Source: an uncultured Solirubrobacterales bacterium (GTDB lineage Bacteria > Actinomycetota > Thermoleophilia > Solirubrobacterales > Solirubrobacteraceae). From it: 64,000 nt of DNA. Location of the stretch: NCBI GenBank assembly GCA_963839105.1, contig CAWITQ010000006.1, positions 434,791-498,790 on the forward strand, given 5' to 3'. Under the pieces are notes generated by a model, which was not told the DNA's origin, did not search any database, and saw only the letters and a program-made list of their open reading frames with translations. Below, in pieces: positions 1 through 10,939 of this stretch (positions are counted from its first letter, which is position 1; every line of letters begins with the position of its first letter). Made by a program: the position numbers and the translations under genes.

Positions 1-79
1 CGCGGATCTCGTCCAGGATCCCCTGCTCCTTCGCGACCACGAACAGCGCGTTCGCGTAGACGGCGGCGATCTCTTCCAT
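1..79 (-). CDS. atpH: ATP synthase F1 subunit delta (5' part, runs off window)
   Basis: ATG at 79 directly after the atpF stop; MEEIAAVYANALF resembles the delta N-terminus; operon position. Confidence 0.85.
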   Translation of the reverse strand, partial: MEEIAAVYANALFVVAKEQGILDEIR

Positions 80-631
80 CTAGCGGTTTCCGTCTCCCGC
101 CAACGCGCTGAAGTCGAGCTCGCTCAGGGTCTCCTCGACGAGGCGCCGCTGGTCCTCCTCGGTGAGCGTCTTGCGCGTCACCCGCTCGGTGGCCATGACC
201 GTCAGATCCGCCACCTCGCGGCGGATCTGGTCGATCGCCCGGCGCGTCTCTGACTCGATGTCCCGGCGAGTCTGCTCCATCAGCTTCTCGCGTTGCTGCT
301 TAGCGTCGGCGGTCGCGTTGCGCTCGTGGACCTCGGCGGCCTGCCGGGCCCGGTCGATGATCTGCTCGGCCTGCTGGCGCGACTCACGGAGGCGGTCGCG
401 GTACTCCTGGAGCAACCGGTCGGCCTCGCCGCGGATGCGGGCGGCGTCGTCGATCGAGTCCTCGATCGCTCGCTGACGCTTGTCGAGCGCCTCCGCGATG
501 CGCGGGAACGCCCAGCGGCGCAGGACGTACATGGAGATCCCGAACAGCACCAGGGTCCAGACCATCAGCCCGACGTTGGGCGTGATCAGGAAGGAGCCGC
601 TCGAGGCGGCGGGTGTCAGAGCGGCGAGCAT
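80..631 (-). CDS. atpF: ATP synthase F0 subunit b
   Basis: N-terminal TM helix, WAFPRIAEALDKRQ motif, long charged coiled coil. Confidence 0.95.
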   Translation of the reverse strand: MLAALTPAASSGSFLITPNVGLMVWTLVLFGISMYVLRRWAFPRIAEALDKRQRAIEDSIDDAARIRGEADRLLQEYRDRLRESRQQAEQIIDRARQAAEVHERNATADAKQQREKLMEQTRRDIESETRRAIDQIRREVADLTVMATERVTRKTLTEEDQRRLVEETLSELDFSALAGDGNR

Positions 632-898
632 CTACTTGAGGACGTAGGAGATGAGGCCGGCGACCAGCCCGTAGAAGAAGCACGCCTCGGTGAGGGCGAA
701 TCCGAGCCACTGGATGCTCGTGATCTCATCGCGCATCTCGGGCTGGCGGGTGACCGACTCGATCACCTTGCCGAAGATGTAGCCGATGCCGACGCCGGCA
801 CCGACCGCTCCGAGGCCGCCGCCGATGCCGATCCCGAGACCCGCCGAGCCGGAGGACTGCGCGAAGAAGAAAATGGTGTGGAAGAGAGAGGGGAACAA
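632..898 (-). CDS. atpE: ATP synthase F0 subunit c
   Basis: GxGxGxG helix, RQPE loop, ALTE proton-binding Glu; TTG start with GAAGGAG RBS. Confidence 0.95.
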   Translation of the reverse strand: MFPSLFHTIFFFAQSSGSAGLGIGIGGGLGAVGAGVGIGYIFGKVIESVTRQPEMRDEITSIQWLGFALTEACFFYGLVAGLISYVLK

Positions 899-915
899 GG
901 GAACTCCTTCGTCGG

Positions 916-1806
916 TTAGTGGGAGGAGACAGCGCCACCGACGTAGATGGCGGCAAGGGTCGCGAAGATGAAGGCCTGGAGCGTCGCCACCAGGCCGAGC
1001 TCGAACAGGTAGACGGCGATGCCGACGGGCATGGTGAACCACCCGAGGAAGCCGAGGCCGAGGATCACGGCCAGTCCACCGGCCATGAACAGGATGATCA
1101 TGTGGCCGGCGAGGATGTTGGCGAACAGTCGGACGGTGAGCGAGATCAGCCGCATGAAGGTCGACATGATCTCGAGGCCGCCGATGAATACCGCCATCGG
1201 CCCGTGGACGCCCTGCGGGATCAGGCTCTTCATGTACCCGCCAAAGCCCTGGGCCTTGATGCCCTCGACGTTGAAGAGCACGAACACGACGACCGCCAGG
1301 ATCAGCGGGACCGAGATGTTCGCGGTGGCGGCGTAGAGCGCAAACGACGGGATGTGCGCCCCGAACAGCGTGAACTTCTCCTCGGTGTTCGTAGGCAGCG
1401 GGATATAGCCGATCATGTTCGACCACCAGATGAACAGGAACAGCGCGCCCATGAACGGGAACCAGCCCGCCGCCATCTTGTCGGGCATGTTTCCGCGCGT
1501 GATGTTGTCCCGCATCAGCGAGTAGAGCGCCTCGACCGCGGTCTGCACGCGGTTCGGCCGGGCCTGCATCCGTCGCGCGATCCACAACATCGTGATGATC
1601 GTGAGGATCGTGGCGATGAACAGGTAGACGACCGCGCGGTTGATGCTGAACGGGCCCAGATGCACCCAGTCGGTGAGCTTGAACTCGTTCTGGATCTGGA
1701 ACTCGCTGTTCTTCTGCTCCTTGACGCCGAGTCCGATCGCGAGGCCGATGACGCCGCCGAGGTAGAGGACCACGGTCCCCCAGATGAGCGCCTTGCGCTT
1801 GTTCAT
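916..1806 (-). CDS. atpB: ATP synthase F0 subunit a
   Basis: SLTVRLFANILAGH and LQAFIFATL motifs. Confidence 0.97.
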   Translation of the reverse strand: MNKRKALIWGTVVLYLGGVIGLAIGLGVKEQKNSEFQIQNEFKLTDWVHLGPFSINRAVVYLFIATILTIITMLWIARRMQARPNRVQTAVEALYSLMRDNITRGNMPDKMAAGWFPFMGALFLFIWWSNMIGYIPLPTNTEEKFTLFGAHIPSFALYAATANISVPLILAVVVFVLFNVEGIKAQGFGGYMKSLIPQGVHGPMAVFIGGLEIMSTFMRLISLTVRLFANILAGHMIILFMAGGLAVILGLGFLGWFTMPVGIAVYLFELGLVATLQAFIFATLAAIYVGGAVSSH

Positions 1807-2162
1807 CGCGCCCTCGCCCTCGGGCGGTCGGCGAAGCCGAGGAAGAAGCGGATCGTGAACACGAGGACGACGACGATCAGCGCTGTGAGGCCGGCATCCC
1901 GGCCCGCGTCCTTCCTAATCAGGATGACGGTGATCGCGAGCGCGAAGATCCGCACCATCGGGAACGCGAGCTGCCTCACGATCAGCTCCCACTTCGGGTC
2001 CCCCAGCGCAGCGGCGTACCTGTTCACGCCGATTTCTACTACCCGCAAAGCAATCCACACACCCGCGGCCACGCCGTATCCGACGGCGGGCACGCCGATC
2101 AGCAGCAGGATCGGCGCCGCCACCGCCAGGAGCACCACGTCGATGTAGCGCAGCGGGCCCAT
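1803..2162 (-). CDS. AtpI-like membrane protein
   Basis: Four-TM small protein overlapping the atpB start; start uncertain. Confidence 0.7.
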   Translation of the reverse strand: MGPLRYIDVVLLAVAAPILLLIGVPAVGYGVAAGVWIALRVVEIGVNRYAAALGDPKWELIVRQLAFPMVRIFALAITVILIRKDAGRDAGLTALIVVVLVFTIRFFLGFADRPRARAR

Positions 2163-2169
2163 ACCCGGT

Positions 2170-2376
2170 TCACGTCCAGTCGCGGAAGCGCTTAATGACA
2201 ACGTAGATCCCCAGGAAGAAGCCGACGGCGAACCCGAGCAGCATGAACGGCACGGTGAGCCCCACCAGCGCGCCGAGCCCAGCGCCGATTCCGGCGAACA
2301 ACAGGTTCACGGTCAGGAGCAAGGCTCCCGCGCCGGCGACGTCGCGGCCGGAAACGGGCGGACGGCTGTTCGTCAT
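2170..2376 (-). CDS. AtpZ/AtpI family small membrane protein
   Basis: 68 aa, two Gly-rich TM helices, first gene of the atp operon. Confidence 0.7.
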   Translation of the reverse strand: MTNSRPPVSGRDVAGAGALLLTVNLLFAGIGAGLGALVGLTVPFMLLGFAVGFFLGIYVVIKRFRDWT

Positions 2377-2524
2377 GTCGATCGTGGCTATTCAAGCTGA
2401 AAGGGGGGGCGAGAGGCCCGGAGGGTACCGGCGCGCCGAAATCGCCGGTTACGGGCCGTGAGGCCGACACGGCGGCTGCCGTGCGGACGGTGAATGTTAG
2501 CCCGCCTTTAGGCCGCGTGGCGTG

Positions 2525-4213
2525 TCAGCGCGCGGATGCGGCGAGCGAGGGGCGCCGTGAACGCTCACCTCGCGCCGGGAGCGCGGGCTTGGGCAACTGC
2601 CCCTCGGCCCACATCGCGGCGATGCCCGCTCGCGGAAGCCCGAAGGTGCCCTCATAGACGAGGTAGCGAGGCTCCCAGCGCGGGAAGAACTTGGCGTTGA
2701 AGCGGTAAAGGCTCTCGATCTGGAAGAACGGGTTGCCGAGGGCCACGAGCTTGCCCATCACCCGCTCGCTCCGCTTCTCCGGGCTGTGCATCCACTTTGC
2801 GAAGGCCGCGAAGTTGAGCGACATCTCATGTACGCCGCGCTCCTTGAGCAGCTCGGCCGCCCGGGCCACCATGAACTCGGTCAAACCGTTCGGAGTGTCC
2901 GGGTCGCGGCGCATGAACGAGAGCGACATCGTGGGCCGCCCGAAGCACGGGACGAAGTGAAGGACGCCGCGGATCGCGTCGTGCTCATCACGCGCGAGGA
3001 CGACCAGCGTCTCCTCGCCCGTGAGCGAGTCCATGGCCATCGAGAACCCGCGCTCGGGTGCGCCCTGGCGACCCCGCTCGAGCACCGCCTCGACCTTGGC
3101 GACCGTGCCCGGATCGAGGTCGGCCAGCTCGTGGAGCTCGGCGGTATAGCCGGCCTTGCTCAGGCGAGTGACCGATTGGCGCACCTTGCGGATCGGCCTC
3201 CCCTGGAGCGAGAAGCGCTCGAGGTCGACGATCGCCTCGTCGCCGAGGTAGATCGTGTGCAGGCCGAACTCGTCGTACAGCGGGCGCATCCGTTCGCTCG
3301 CCCCCACGGCCCCGAGCTTCAACCCGCGATCTCGGGTGAAGGAGCGCAGCTCGGCCATCAGGGCCGGGACGGCTTCGGGCGGCCCCACCGGGTCCCCCGA
3401 GAGCAGCAGCACGCCGTTCTCGATCCGGTAGCCCACGAACGCGCTCCGGTCCTGGCTGAAGAAGTACTGCTTGTCGGCCCGGAGCTTGAAGAACGACAGC
3501 GTGTCGGTGCCGTGGGCGCGGACCAGCTCCGCCGCCTGCTCGCGCGTGGCCGCGCTCGGCAGGGCCTTGGGGGCGGCGATCGGCCGGAAGATCACGTAGG
3601 CGATGGAGATCAGCCCGGCGACCTCGATCAGGTGCACGGCGAGCGGGATCCAGCCGAAGTGGTGGTGGAACTGAATCGGCCCCGGCTGCCAGCGCAGGAG
3701 GTCGATCGTCTCGGAGAGGACCGAGTGGGCGGAGGGGTGGCCCTGCGAGGCCCATGTGGCCAGCGCGGCCATGCCGAGGCCGACGGCCGCGAGCACCGGC
3801 ACGCGCCAGGCGGCGGAGCGCAGCGTGATCGGGTCGTGACGGACCCGGAAGGACGGGCCTCCCCAGAGTAGGAACGCGGCCACGCCCCAGGTGAGCGCGG
3901 TCTCTTCGAAGTCGAGGCCCTTGAGCAGGTCGAACAGGCCCAGCACCAGCATCAGCGCGATCGCGGCCTGCCAGGCGCGACGGCGGCGCTTGGCCAGGTA
4001 CGGCGCCACCAGCACCAGCGCGATCCCGGCCGGGAAGGCGAGGGCGTGGAAGAAGCGAATCGCCTCGACGGGCTCGACGTCCAGCAGCACATGTCCTCGC
4101 CAGCTGATCGACGGGGTCAGCGCCGACGCGAGGTTGGCGAGCCCCACGATGGCGGCGGCGGCCGCCGCCACAGGCGGCATCCAGCGGGCGTAGCGATGTA
4201 CGAGCGTGCTCAC
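2525..4213 (-). CDS. Aminoacyl-phosphatidylglycerol synthase-like protein (MprF/LysX C-terminal DUF2156 domain)
   Basis: TM region, then GDPVG, GEEA-like, ERGFSMA, MRR..PNGLTEF and SLYRFNAKFFPRWEPRY motifs. Confidence 0.88.
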   Translation of the reverse strand: MSTLVHRYARWMPPVAAAAAAIVGLANLASALTPSISWRGHVLLDVEPVEAIRFFHALAFPAGIALVLVAPYLAKRRRRAWQAAIALMLVLGLFDLLKGLDFEETALTWGVAAFLLWGGPSFRVRHDPITLRSAAWRVPVLAAVGLGMAALATWASQGHPSAHSVLSETIDLLRWQPGPIQFHHHFGWIPLAVHLIEVAGLISIAYVIFRPIAAPKALPSAATREQAAELVRAHGTDTLSFFKLRADKQYFFSQDRSAFVGYRIENGVLLLSGDPVGPPEAVPALMAELRSFTRDRGLKLGAVGASERMRPLYDEFGLHTIYLGDEAIVDLERFSLQGRPIRKVRQSVTRLSKAGYTAELHELADLDPGTVAKVEAVLERGRQGAPERGFSMAMDSLTGEETLVVLARDEHDAIRGVLHFVPCFGRPTMSLSFMRRDPDTPNGLTEFMVARAAELLKERGVHEMSLNFAAFAKWMHSPEKRSERVMGKLVALGNPFFQIESLYRFNAKFFPRWEPRYLVYEGTFGLPRAGIAAMWAEGQLPKPALPARGERSRRPSLAASAR

Positions 4214-4370
4214 TTTCCTCCCTGCCGAGGTAGAGGCACCGCGGACGTCAGAACTCTGACTACCGGCGCGGCGTTCAAGACATATGTACCCGACATTCGC
4301 TCTTGGTTACTTCGGCTCCTGCCCGGGTTCCCTGAAGCGAATGGCGGGCGGACGGGTAGCCCCCGGTGAG

Positions 4371-5666
4371 GTGAACGACTGCCGGATCACGCGCGTAGAC
4401 GTCCGTGACGTGCGCTTTCCCACCTCCCGGACCCTGGCCGGCTCGGACGCCATGAACCAGGCGCCGGACTACTCCTCCGCCTACGTGATCCTCGAGACCG
4501 ACACCGACCTGACCGGCCACGGGTTGACGTTCACGATCGGCCGCGGCACCGAGGTCGTGGTCAGCGCCGTCCACGCTCTCAGCCACCTGGTCGTGGGGCG
4601 CCGAGTCTCGGACGTGGCCGCCGACCCGCGCGGCTTCTGGCGCGAGGTCACCGGCGACTCGCACCTGCGCTGGCTCGGGCCCGAGAAGGGCGTCATCCAC
4701 CTGGCCACCGCAGCGCTCGTGAACGCGGTCTGGGACCTGTGGGCACGCGCCGAGGGCAAGCCCCTGTGGAAGCTCGTCGTCGACATGAGCCCCGAGCAGC
4801 TGGTGGGGTGCGTCGACTTCCGCTACATGACCGACGCCCTCACGCCGTCGCAGGCGGTGGAGTTGCTCCACGCGCGCGCCGAGGGCCGAGCCGAGCGCGA
4901 GGCCCGGGCCCGGCGTGAGGGCCTCCCCGCCTACACCACGTCGATCGGCTGGCTCGGGTTCAGCGACGAGGAGGTGCGGGCGCGTTGCCGGGCGGCGGTC
5001 GCCGAGGGCTGGCGCCACCTCAAGATGAAGGTCGGGACCTCGCTCGAGGACGACGTCCGGCGCGCCCGGCTGATCCGGGAGGAGATCGGCTCCGAGCGCC
5101 ATCTGATGATGGACGCCAACCAGGTGTGGGAGGTCGAGGAGGCGATCGCCGCCACCCGCCGGCTGGCCGAGTTCGACCCGTGGTGGATGGAGGAGCCGAC
5201 GAGCCCGGACGACATCCTCGGGCACGCACGCATCGCGCGCGAGGTGGCGCCCGTGCGCATCGCCACCGGCGAGCACTGTCACAACCGGACGATGTTCAAG
5301 CAGCTGATGCAGGCCGGCGGCCTGGCCGTGTGCCAGCTTGACTCGTGCCGCCTGGGTGGCGTCAACGAGGTGCTGGCGGTGCTGCTGCTGGCCGCGCGCT
5401 TCGGGATCCCGGTGTGTCCCCACGCGGGCGGGATCGGGCTGTGCGAGTACGTCCAGCACCTGTCGCTGATCGACTACGTCGCGGTCGGCGGGGAGCTGAG
5501 CGATCGCGTGATCGAGTACGTGGACGAGCTCCACGAGCACTTCGTCGACCCCGTGCGCATCCGCGACGGCCGGTACCTGGTGCCGGAGATGCCGGGCTAC
5601 AGCATCGAGATGCGGCCCGAGTCGCTCGAGGAGTACGCGTTCCCGGACGGGGAAGCCTGGCGGTGA
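4371..5666 (+). CDS. fucD: L-fuconate dehydratase-like enolase superfamily protein
   Basis: DVRFPTS..GSDAMN..PDYS, WLGPEKGVIHLA, KMKVG, MMDANQ, EEPTSPDD, PHAGG motifs. Confidence 0.9.
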   Translation: MNDCRITRVDVRDVRFPTSRTLAGSDAMNQAPDYSSAYVILETDTDLTGHGLTFTIGRGTEVVVSAVHALSHLVVGRRVSDVAADPRGFWREVTGDSHLRWLGPEKGVIHLATAALVNAVWDLWARAEGKPLWKLVVDMSPEQLVGCVDFRYMTDALTPSQAVELLHARAEGRAEREARARREGLPAYTTSIGWLGFSDEEVRARCRAAVAEGWRHLKMKVGTSLEDDVRRARLIREEIGSERHLMMDANQVWEVEEAIAATRRLAEFDPWWMEEPTSPDDILGHARIAREVAPVRIATGEHCHNRTMFKQLMQAGGLAVCQLDSCRLGGVNEVLAVLLLAARFGIPVCPHAGGIGLCEYVQHLSLIDYVAVGGELSDRVIEYVDELHEHFVDPVRIRDGRYLVPEMPGYSIEMRPESLEEYAFPDGEAWR

Positions 5667-5669
5667 GAC

Positions 5670-6453
5670 ATGGATGCTGAGATCCCGCGACGGCTGACGG
5701 ACCGGCGGGCGGTGGTCACCGGCGGTGGCGCCGGCATCGGCCGGGCCATCGCGCGGCGCTTCGCCGCCGAGGGCGCTCGCGTGATGGTCGCCGACCTCGA
5801 CCCCGAGGCGGCCGCGCGCGTCGCCCGAGAGCTCGGTGAGCTCGGTGGCGCGCCCGCGCTATCGCACGAGGTCGACGTCGTCAGACGAGAAGAGCGTCGC
5901 GAACATGATCGCCCGCGCGCAGCAGGAGTGGGACGGCATCGACGTGCTCGTCAACAACGCCGGCGTCGGGATCGCCGCCACCGCTCCCGACACCGAGGAG
6001 CCCGACTGGCGCCGGGTCGTCGACGTCTGCCTCACCGGGACGTTCTTCGGGATCAAGCACGCGGTCCCGGTGATGCGCGCCGGCGGCGGCGGGGCGATCA
6101 TCAACATGTCCTCGATCGCCGCGCTCGTCGGCCTCACCGATCGCGCCGCCTACAGCGCGGCCAAGGGCGGCATCCTGTCGCTCACCCGCGCCTGCGCGAT
6201 CGATCACGTCGAGGAGGGGATCCGCATCAACTGCATCGCGCCCGGGACCGTCGACACCCCGTGGGTGCAGCGGATCACCGCCGGCTACGCCGATCCCGAG
6301 GAGGCGCGCCGCAAGATGGAGGCACGCCAGCCGCACGGGCGTCTCGTCTCGCCCGAGGAGATCGCGGCGATGGCCGCATACCTCGCCTCCGACGAGGCGG
6401 CGTCGGTGATCGGCGCCGCGATGATCGTCGACGGCGGCATGACCGCTCGCTGA
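5670..6453 (+). CDS. Short-chain dehydrogenase/reductase (frameshift near 5880)
   Basis: TGGGAGIG in ORF 5670; NNAG, YSAAKG and PGTVDT in ORF 5836..6453. Confidence 0.88.
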
Positions 6454-6508
6454 TCACGTTTCGTCTCCGGCCCACCCCGGAAAGGGTGAGTCCAGAGGAG
6501 GAGTTCAC

Positions 6509-8032
6509 ATGGCATCCCCGGTAACGGTGCTGTGGTGGAGATCCGCGGAGTGAGCAAGCGCTTCCCCGGAGTGCAGGCGCTCGAGTCCGTGAACGCTCGA
6601 CATCCGGCCAGGCGAGGTCCATGCGGTCGCTGGCGAGAACGGCGCCGGCAAGTCCACGCTGATGAAGCTGCTCTCCCAGCTCGAGCGGCCGAGCGACGGC
6701 GAGATCCTGGTCGAGGGCGAGCCAGTGAAGTTCCGCAACCCGCAGCACGCCCAGAAGCTGGGGATCGCGATGGTGCACCAGGAGTTCGCGCTGGCGCCGC
6801 ACCTGACGATCGCGGAGAACCTGGCCCTCGGTCGCGAGCAGAGCCACATCGGCCTGATCGTGCGCGGCTCGGAGAAGAAGCGAGCACGGGAGCTCCTGGA
6901 GCGCGTCAAGCTCGACGTCAATCCCGGGACGCCGGGTCTCCTCGTCTGTCGGTGGCCGACCAGCAACGAGTCGAGATCGCCAAGGCCCTCGCCGTCGACG
7001 CCAAGGTCGTGATCATGGACGAGCCCACGGCGACGCTCACCGAGCCCGAGATCGACGATCTGTTCGAGCTGATCGAGGAGCTCAAGTCCGACGGGATCGC
7101 GATCTTCTACATCTCGCACCGCCTCGACGAGGTCACGAAGATCGCCGACCGGGTGACCGTGATGCGCGACGGCGAGGTCGTCGAGACGCTCGAGAAGGGC
7201 GACTTCGACGAGCCCAAGCTCGTGCAGCTGATGGTGGGGCGCGAGATCGAGAACCTGTATCCCAAGGCCGACGCGAAGGTCGGGGACGTCGTGCTCAAGG
7301 TCGAGTGGCTGACGCGTCCGGGCGTGCTCACCGATTGCTCGTTCGAGGTTCGCGCGGGCGAGATCGTCGGCTTCGCCGGGCTCATCGGCGCCGGCCGCAC
7401 GGAGCTGGCGCGGGCGGTGTTCGCCGCGGATCCGATCAGCGACGGCCGCATCGAGCTCGACGGGCGCGAGCTGAAGCTGCGCTCCCCGAGCGACGCGATC
7501 GCGGCCGGGATCGGCTACCTGACCGAGGACCGCAAGGGCGATGGGCTCGCGATGCAGCTGTCGGTCACGCTACAACATCACGCTGGCCCGAATCCCGGGC
7601 CGCGGAGTCTGGGTCAATCGCGGCGCCGAGCGGGACGCGGCCGAGCGCCGGCGCAAGCAGCTCGACATTCGCACGCCTTCGCTGAGCCGTCCCGTCGAGG
7701 CCCTGTCGGGCGGCACCCAGCAGAAGGTGGTGGTGGCGCGGTGGCTCGAGACCGAGGCGCGGGTGCTCTTCTTCGACGAGCCCAGCCGCGGCATCGACGT
7801 CGGCGCCAAGGCCGAGATGTTCAAGCTGATGGGCGAGCTCGCCGCCAACGGGCGCGCGGTGGTGATGATCAGCTCCTACCTGCCGGAGCTGATCAACATG
7901 TGCGATCGGATCGTGGTGCTTCGCGACGGCAGGACGGTCGGTGAACTGAACCGCAACGAGTTCGACGAGGAGCGGATCATGACGCTCGCGTCGGGCGTGG
8001 ATGCCGCGGACACGCGGAAGGAGGCTGCATGA
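6509..8032 (+). CDS. Sugar ABC transporter ATP-binding protein (RbsA-like, several frameshifts)
   Basis: GENGAGKST, IMDEPT, ISHRLDE, LSGGTQQKV, DEPSRGIDVGAK spread over three frames. Confidence 0.9.
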
Positions 8033-9093
8033 GTACGCACGCCGCGCCTCGGGGCCCGGTGGGCCTGCGACTGCCGGGCGGTCTGCGCGACCGCCTACAG
8101 GACGTGGTCTCCCAGCTCGCCGCCGCCGGCGGCCTGATCGTCGTCTTCATCGCCCTGACCTTCGCCTCGCCGTACTTCCTGACCGGCAACAACCTGTTCA
8201 ACATCGGCGTCCAGGTCTCGGTGGTGGCGATCATCGCCGTCGGCCAGACGCTCGTGATCCTGACCGCCGGAATCGATCTGTCGGTGGGCTCGGTGGCGGG
8301 ACTGGGCGGGATCCTGGGGACGATGGCGATCGCCAAGGCCGGGTTCCCGATCGTTCCCGGGATCATCATCGGGGTCCTAGCCGGGGCGGTGATCGGGCTC
8401 GTCAACGGCCTCTTGATCACGCAGATGAAGCTCCCGCCCTTCATCGCGACGCTGGGCATGCTCGGCGTGGCGCGCGGGCTGACCTTCATCGTCGGTGGCG
8501 AGAACGCCGTCTACGGCCTGCCCGCGAACTTCCGCCTGTTCGGGGAGGGGCAGATCGGTCCGTTCCCGCTGCCGCTGCTCTACCTGGTCGTGATCGCGGC
8601 GATCGGCTACATCGTCCTCAGCCGGACCAAGCTCGGGCGCTACGCGTACGCCATCGGCTCCAACAAGGAGGCGGCGCGGCTATCGGGCATCTCGCTCAAC
8701 CGCTACCTGATCGCCGTGTACGTGATCTCGGCTGCGCTCGCCGGCTTTGGCGGCATGATCGCCGCCTCGCTCGTGCACTCCGGCCAGCCCAACTACGGCG
8801 TCGGGCTGGAGCTGAACGTGATCGCCGCCTGCGTCATCGGCGGGGCCAGCCTGTTCGGTGGCGTGGGGACGATCGGCGGCACGCTGATCGGCGCCTTCCT
8901 GATGGCGGTGATCACCAACGGGTGCGTGCTCCTCAACATCACGCAGTACTACCAGCAGGTGATCATCGGCGTGATCATCTGGCTGGCCGTGTGGTGGGAC
9001 CAGGTGCGCCGGCGCCGGCTGTCCGCGGCCTCCGAGCAGGTCGAGCGGCGCAGCGAGGACGCGGAGAGCGAGGAGGCGCCGGCCAGTGCGTAA
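8029..9093 (+). CDS. Sugar ABC transporter permease (RbsC-like)
   Basis: GIDLSVGS, PPFIATLG, AIGSNKEAARLSGI, ELNVIAACVIGG motifs. Confidence 0.93.
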   Translation: MSTHAAPRGPVGLRLPGGLRDRLQDVVSQLAAAGGLIVVFIALTFASPYFLTGNNLFNIGVQVSVVAIIAVGQTLVILTAGIDLSVGSVAGLGGILGTMAIAKAGFPIVPGIIIGVLAGAVIGLVNGLLITQMKLPPFIATLGMLGVARGLTFIVGGENAVYGLPANFRLFGEGQIGPFPLPLLYLVVIAAIGYIVLSRTKLGRYAYAIGSNKEAARLSGISLNRYLIAVYVISAALAGFGGMIAASLVHSGQPNYGVGLELNVIAACVIGGASLFGGVGTIGGTLIGAFLMAVITNGCVLLNITQYYQQVIIGVIIWLAVWWDQVRRRRLSAASEQVERRSEDAESEEAPASA

Positions 9094-10102
9094 CGCCGCC
9101 CGGGCCCTCACCGCGGTCCTGCTCGCCTGCACGGCGGCGGGATGCGCCGTGGTCAAGGACCACAAGGCCAAGATCTCGCTCCAGAAGACGCCGCCGATCC
9201 ACCTGGCGGTGATCCCGAAGTCGGTCGGCCTCGACTACTGGTCGAAGGTCCACGCCGGCGCCACCTGTGCGGCATCGCAGATGCGCGGCGTCGAGGTCAC
9301 GTGGAACGGGGTGACCGACGAGACCGACGTCGTGGGACAGCTCAACCTCCTCAACAACTACATCGCGCAGGGAGTCAACGGCCTCGTCTACGCCGCCACC
9401 GACGCCACCGCGATGGGAGAGGTCTCGACCGGCGCCGCCAAGGCGGGGATCAAGGTCGTGTCGATCGACTCGGGCACGACGCCACAGCCGAAGAACGTCC
9501 CGCTGATCGAGACCAACAACGTCGCGGGGGCGAAGATGGCCGCCGACCGGCTGGCCCGCGCGATCGGCCCGGCGGGCGGGAAGGTCGCGATCATCGCCTT
9601 CCACGCGGGCACGCAGACCAACGACCAGCGGGTTCAGGGCTTCGAGTCCGAGCTCAAGAAATACAAGAAGCTGAAGCTGGTCGGGACCCAGTACAGCCAG
9701 AACGACTACAACACGGGGCTGACCGTGACCGCCAACATCCTCACCGCCAACCCGGACCTCAAGGGGCTGTTCGCGGCCAACGAGTCGAGCGACGTGGGCG
9801 CCGTCGAGGCCGTGCGGATCGCCCACCGGGTCGGCAAGGTCAAGATCATCGGCTGGGACACCTCGCCCGACGAGGTCGACGGCGTGAAGCAGGGCATCGT
9901 CTCGGGCCTGGTATCCCAGGACCCGTTCCGGATGGGCTACGACGGCGTCCGCGCCGCCGTGGCGATCCTGCGCCACCAGCACGCGCCGGGCAACGAGGAC
10001 ACGGGCGCGGTGATGGTCACCCGCTCGAACCTGAAGGACCCGACGGTCCGCCAGTTCGTCTCACCGCGCTGCGGCTCGCCACGCCAGGTGGACGTCGGAT
10101 AG
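9086..10102 (+). CDS. Sugar ABC transporter substrate-binding lipoprotein
   Basis: Lipobox-like AAGC, RbsB-type motifs, QDPFRMGY. Confidence 0.9.
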   Translation: MRNAARALTAVLLACTAAGCAVVKDHKAKISLQKTPPIHLAVIPKSVGLDYWSKVHAGATCAASQMRGVEVTWNGVTDETDVVGQLNLLNNYIAQGVNGLVYAATDATAMGEVSTGAAKAGIKVVSIDSGTTPQPKNVPLIETNNVAGAKMAADRLARAIGPAGGKVAIIAFHAGTQTNDQRVQGFESELKKYKKLKLVGTQYSQNDYNTGLTVTANILTANPDLKGLFAANESSDVGAVEAVRIAHRVGKVKIIGWDTSPDEVDGVKQGIVSGLVSQDPFRMGYDGVRAAVAILRHQHAPGNEDTGAVMVTRSNLKDPTVRQFVSPRCGSPRQVDVG

Positions 10103-10939
10103 CGGCGCGAATCGACGCTCACCAGCACTTCTGGACCCTCGGCGACGGCCGCTACCCCTGGCTGACGCCGGACGAGCACTCCCCGATCTTCCGAGACTTC
10201 GGCCCGGAGGACCTGCGACCGCTGCTCGACGCCGCCGGGATCGAGCGGGCGATAACCGTGCAGGCCGACAACTCGTTCGCTGACACCGACGCGATGCTCG
10301 CCCGCGCCGAACGGCACCGCTGGATCGCCGCCGTCACCGGTTGGGTGCCGCTGCTCGACCCGTCGGAGTGCGAGCGGGCGCTGGCGCGCTACTGCGCGCA
10401 TCCGTTGTTCCGCGGCGTGCGCCACCTGGTCCACGACGAGCCCGATCCGGACTGGCTGCTGCGCCCGGCCGTGCACGAGAGCCTGGCGCTGCTCGCCGAG
10501 CGCGGCGTGGTGTTCGAGATCCCCGCTGTGTTCCCGCGCCACCTGGTCCACATCCCGCGCCTGGCGCGCCGGTTCCCGGAGCTGAAGATCGTGATCGACC
10601 ATCTTGGCAAGCCCCCGATCGGCGACCCGGGCTACGCATGGGACGAGCAGATCGCCGCGTGCGCCGAGCATCCCAACGTCTACGCGAAGCTCTCTGGGCT
10701 GAACACGGTGGCGCCGCGCGGAGCGCTGGACGGCCGAGCATCTGCTCCCATACTTCGGGACTGCTCTGTCCGCCCTTGGAGCCGAACGGCTGATGTTCGG
10801 CTCGGACTGGCCCGTCTGCCTGATGAACGGCGACTACGAGAAGGTGTGGAGGGAGACGCTCCGGCTGGTGGAGACGCGTCCGCCGGACGAGCAGGAAGCG
10901 CTGCTCGGCGGGACCGCCGTGGCGGTGTACGGGCTGTGA
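10099..10939 (+). CDS. Amidohydrolase-2 family, L-fuconolactonase-like (frameshift near 10730)
   Basis: IDAHQHFW, GVRHLVH, IDHLGKP, KLSGL, MFGSDWPV motifs; start codon unclear. Confidence 0.85.
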
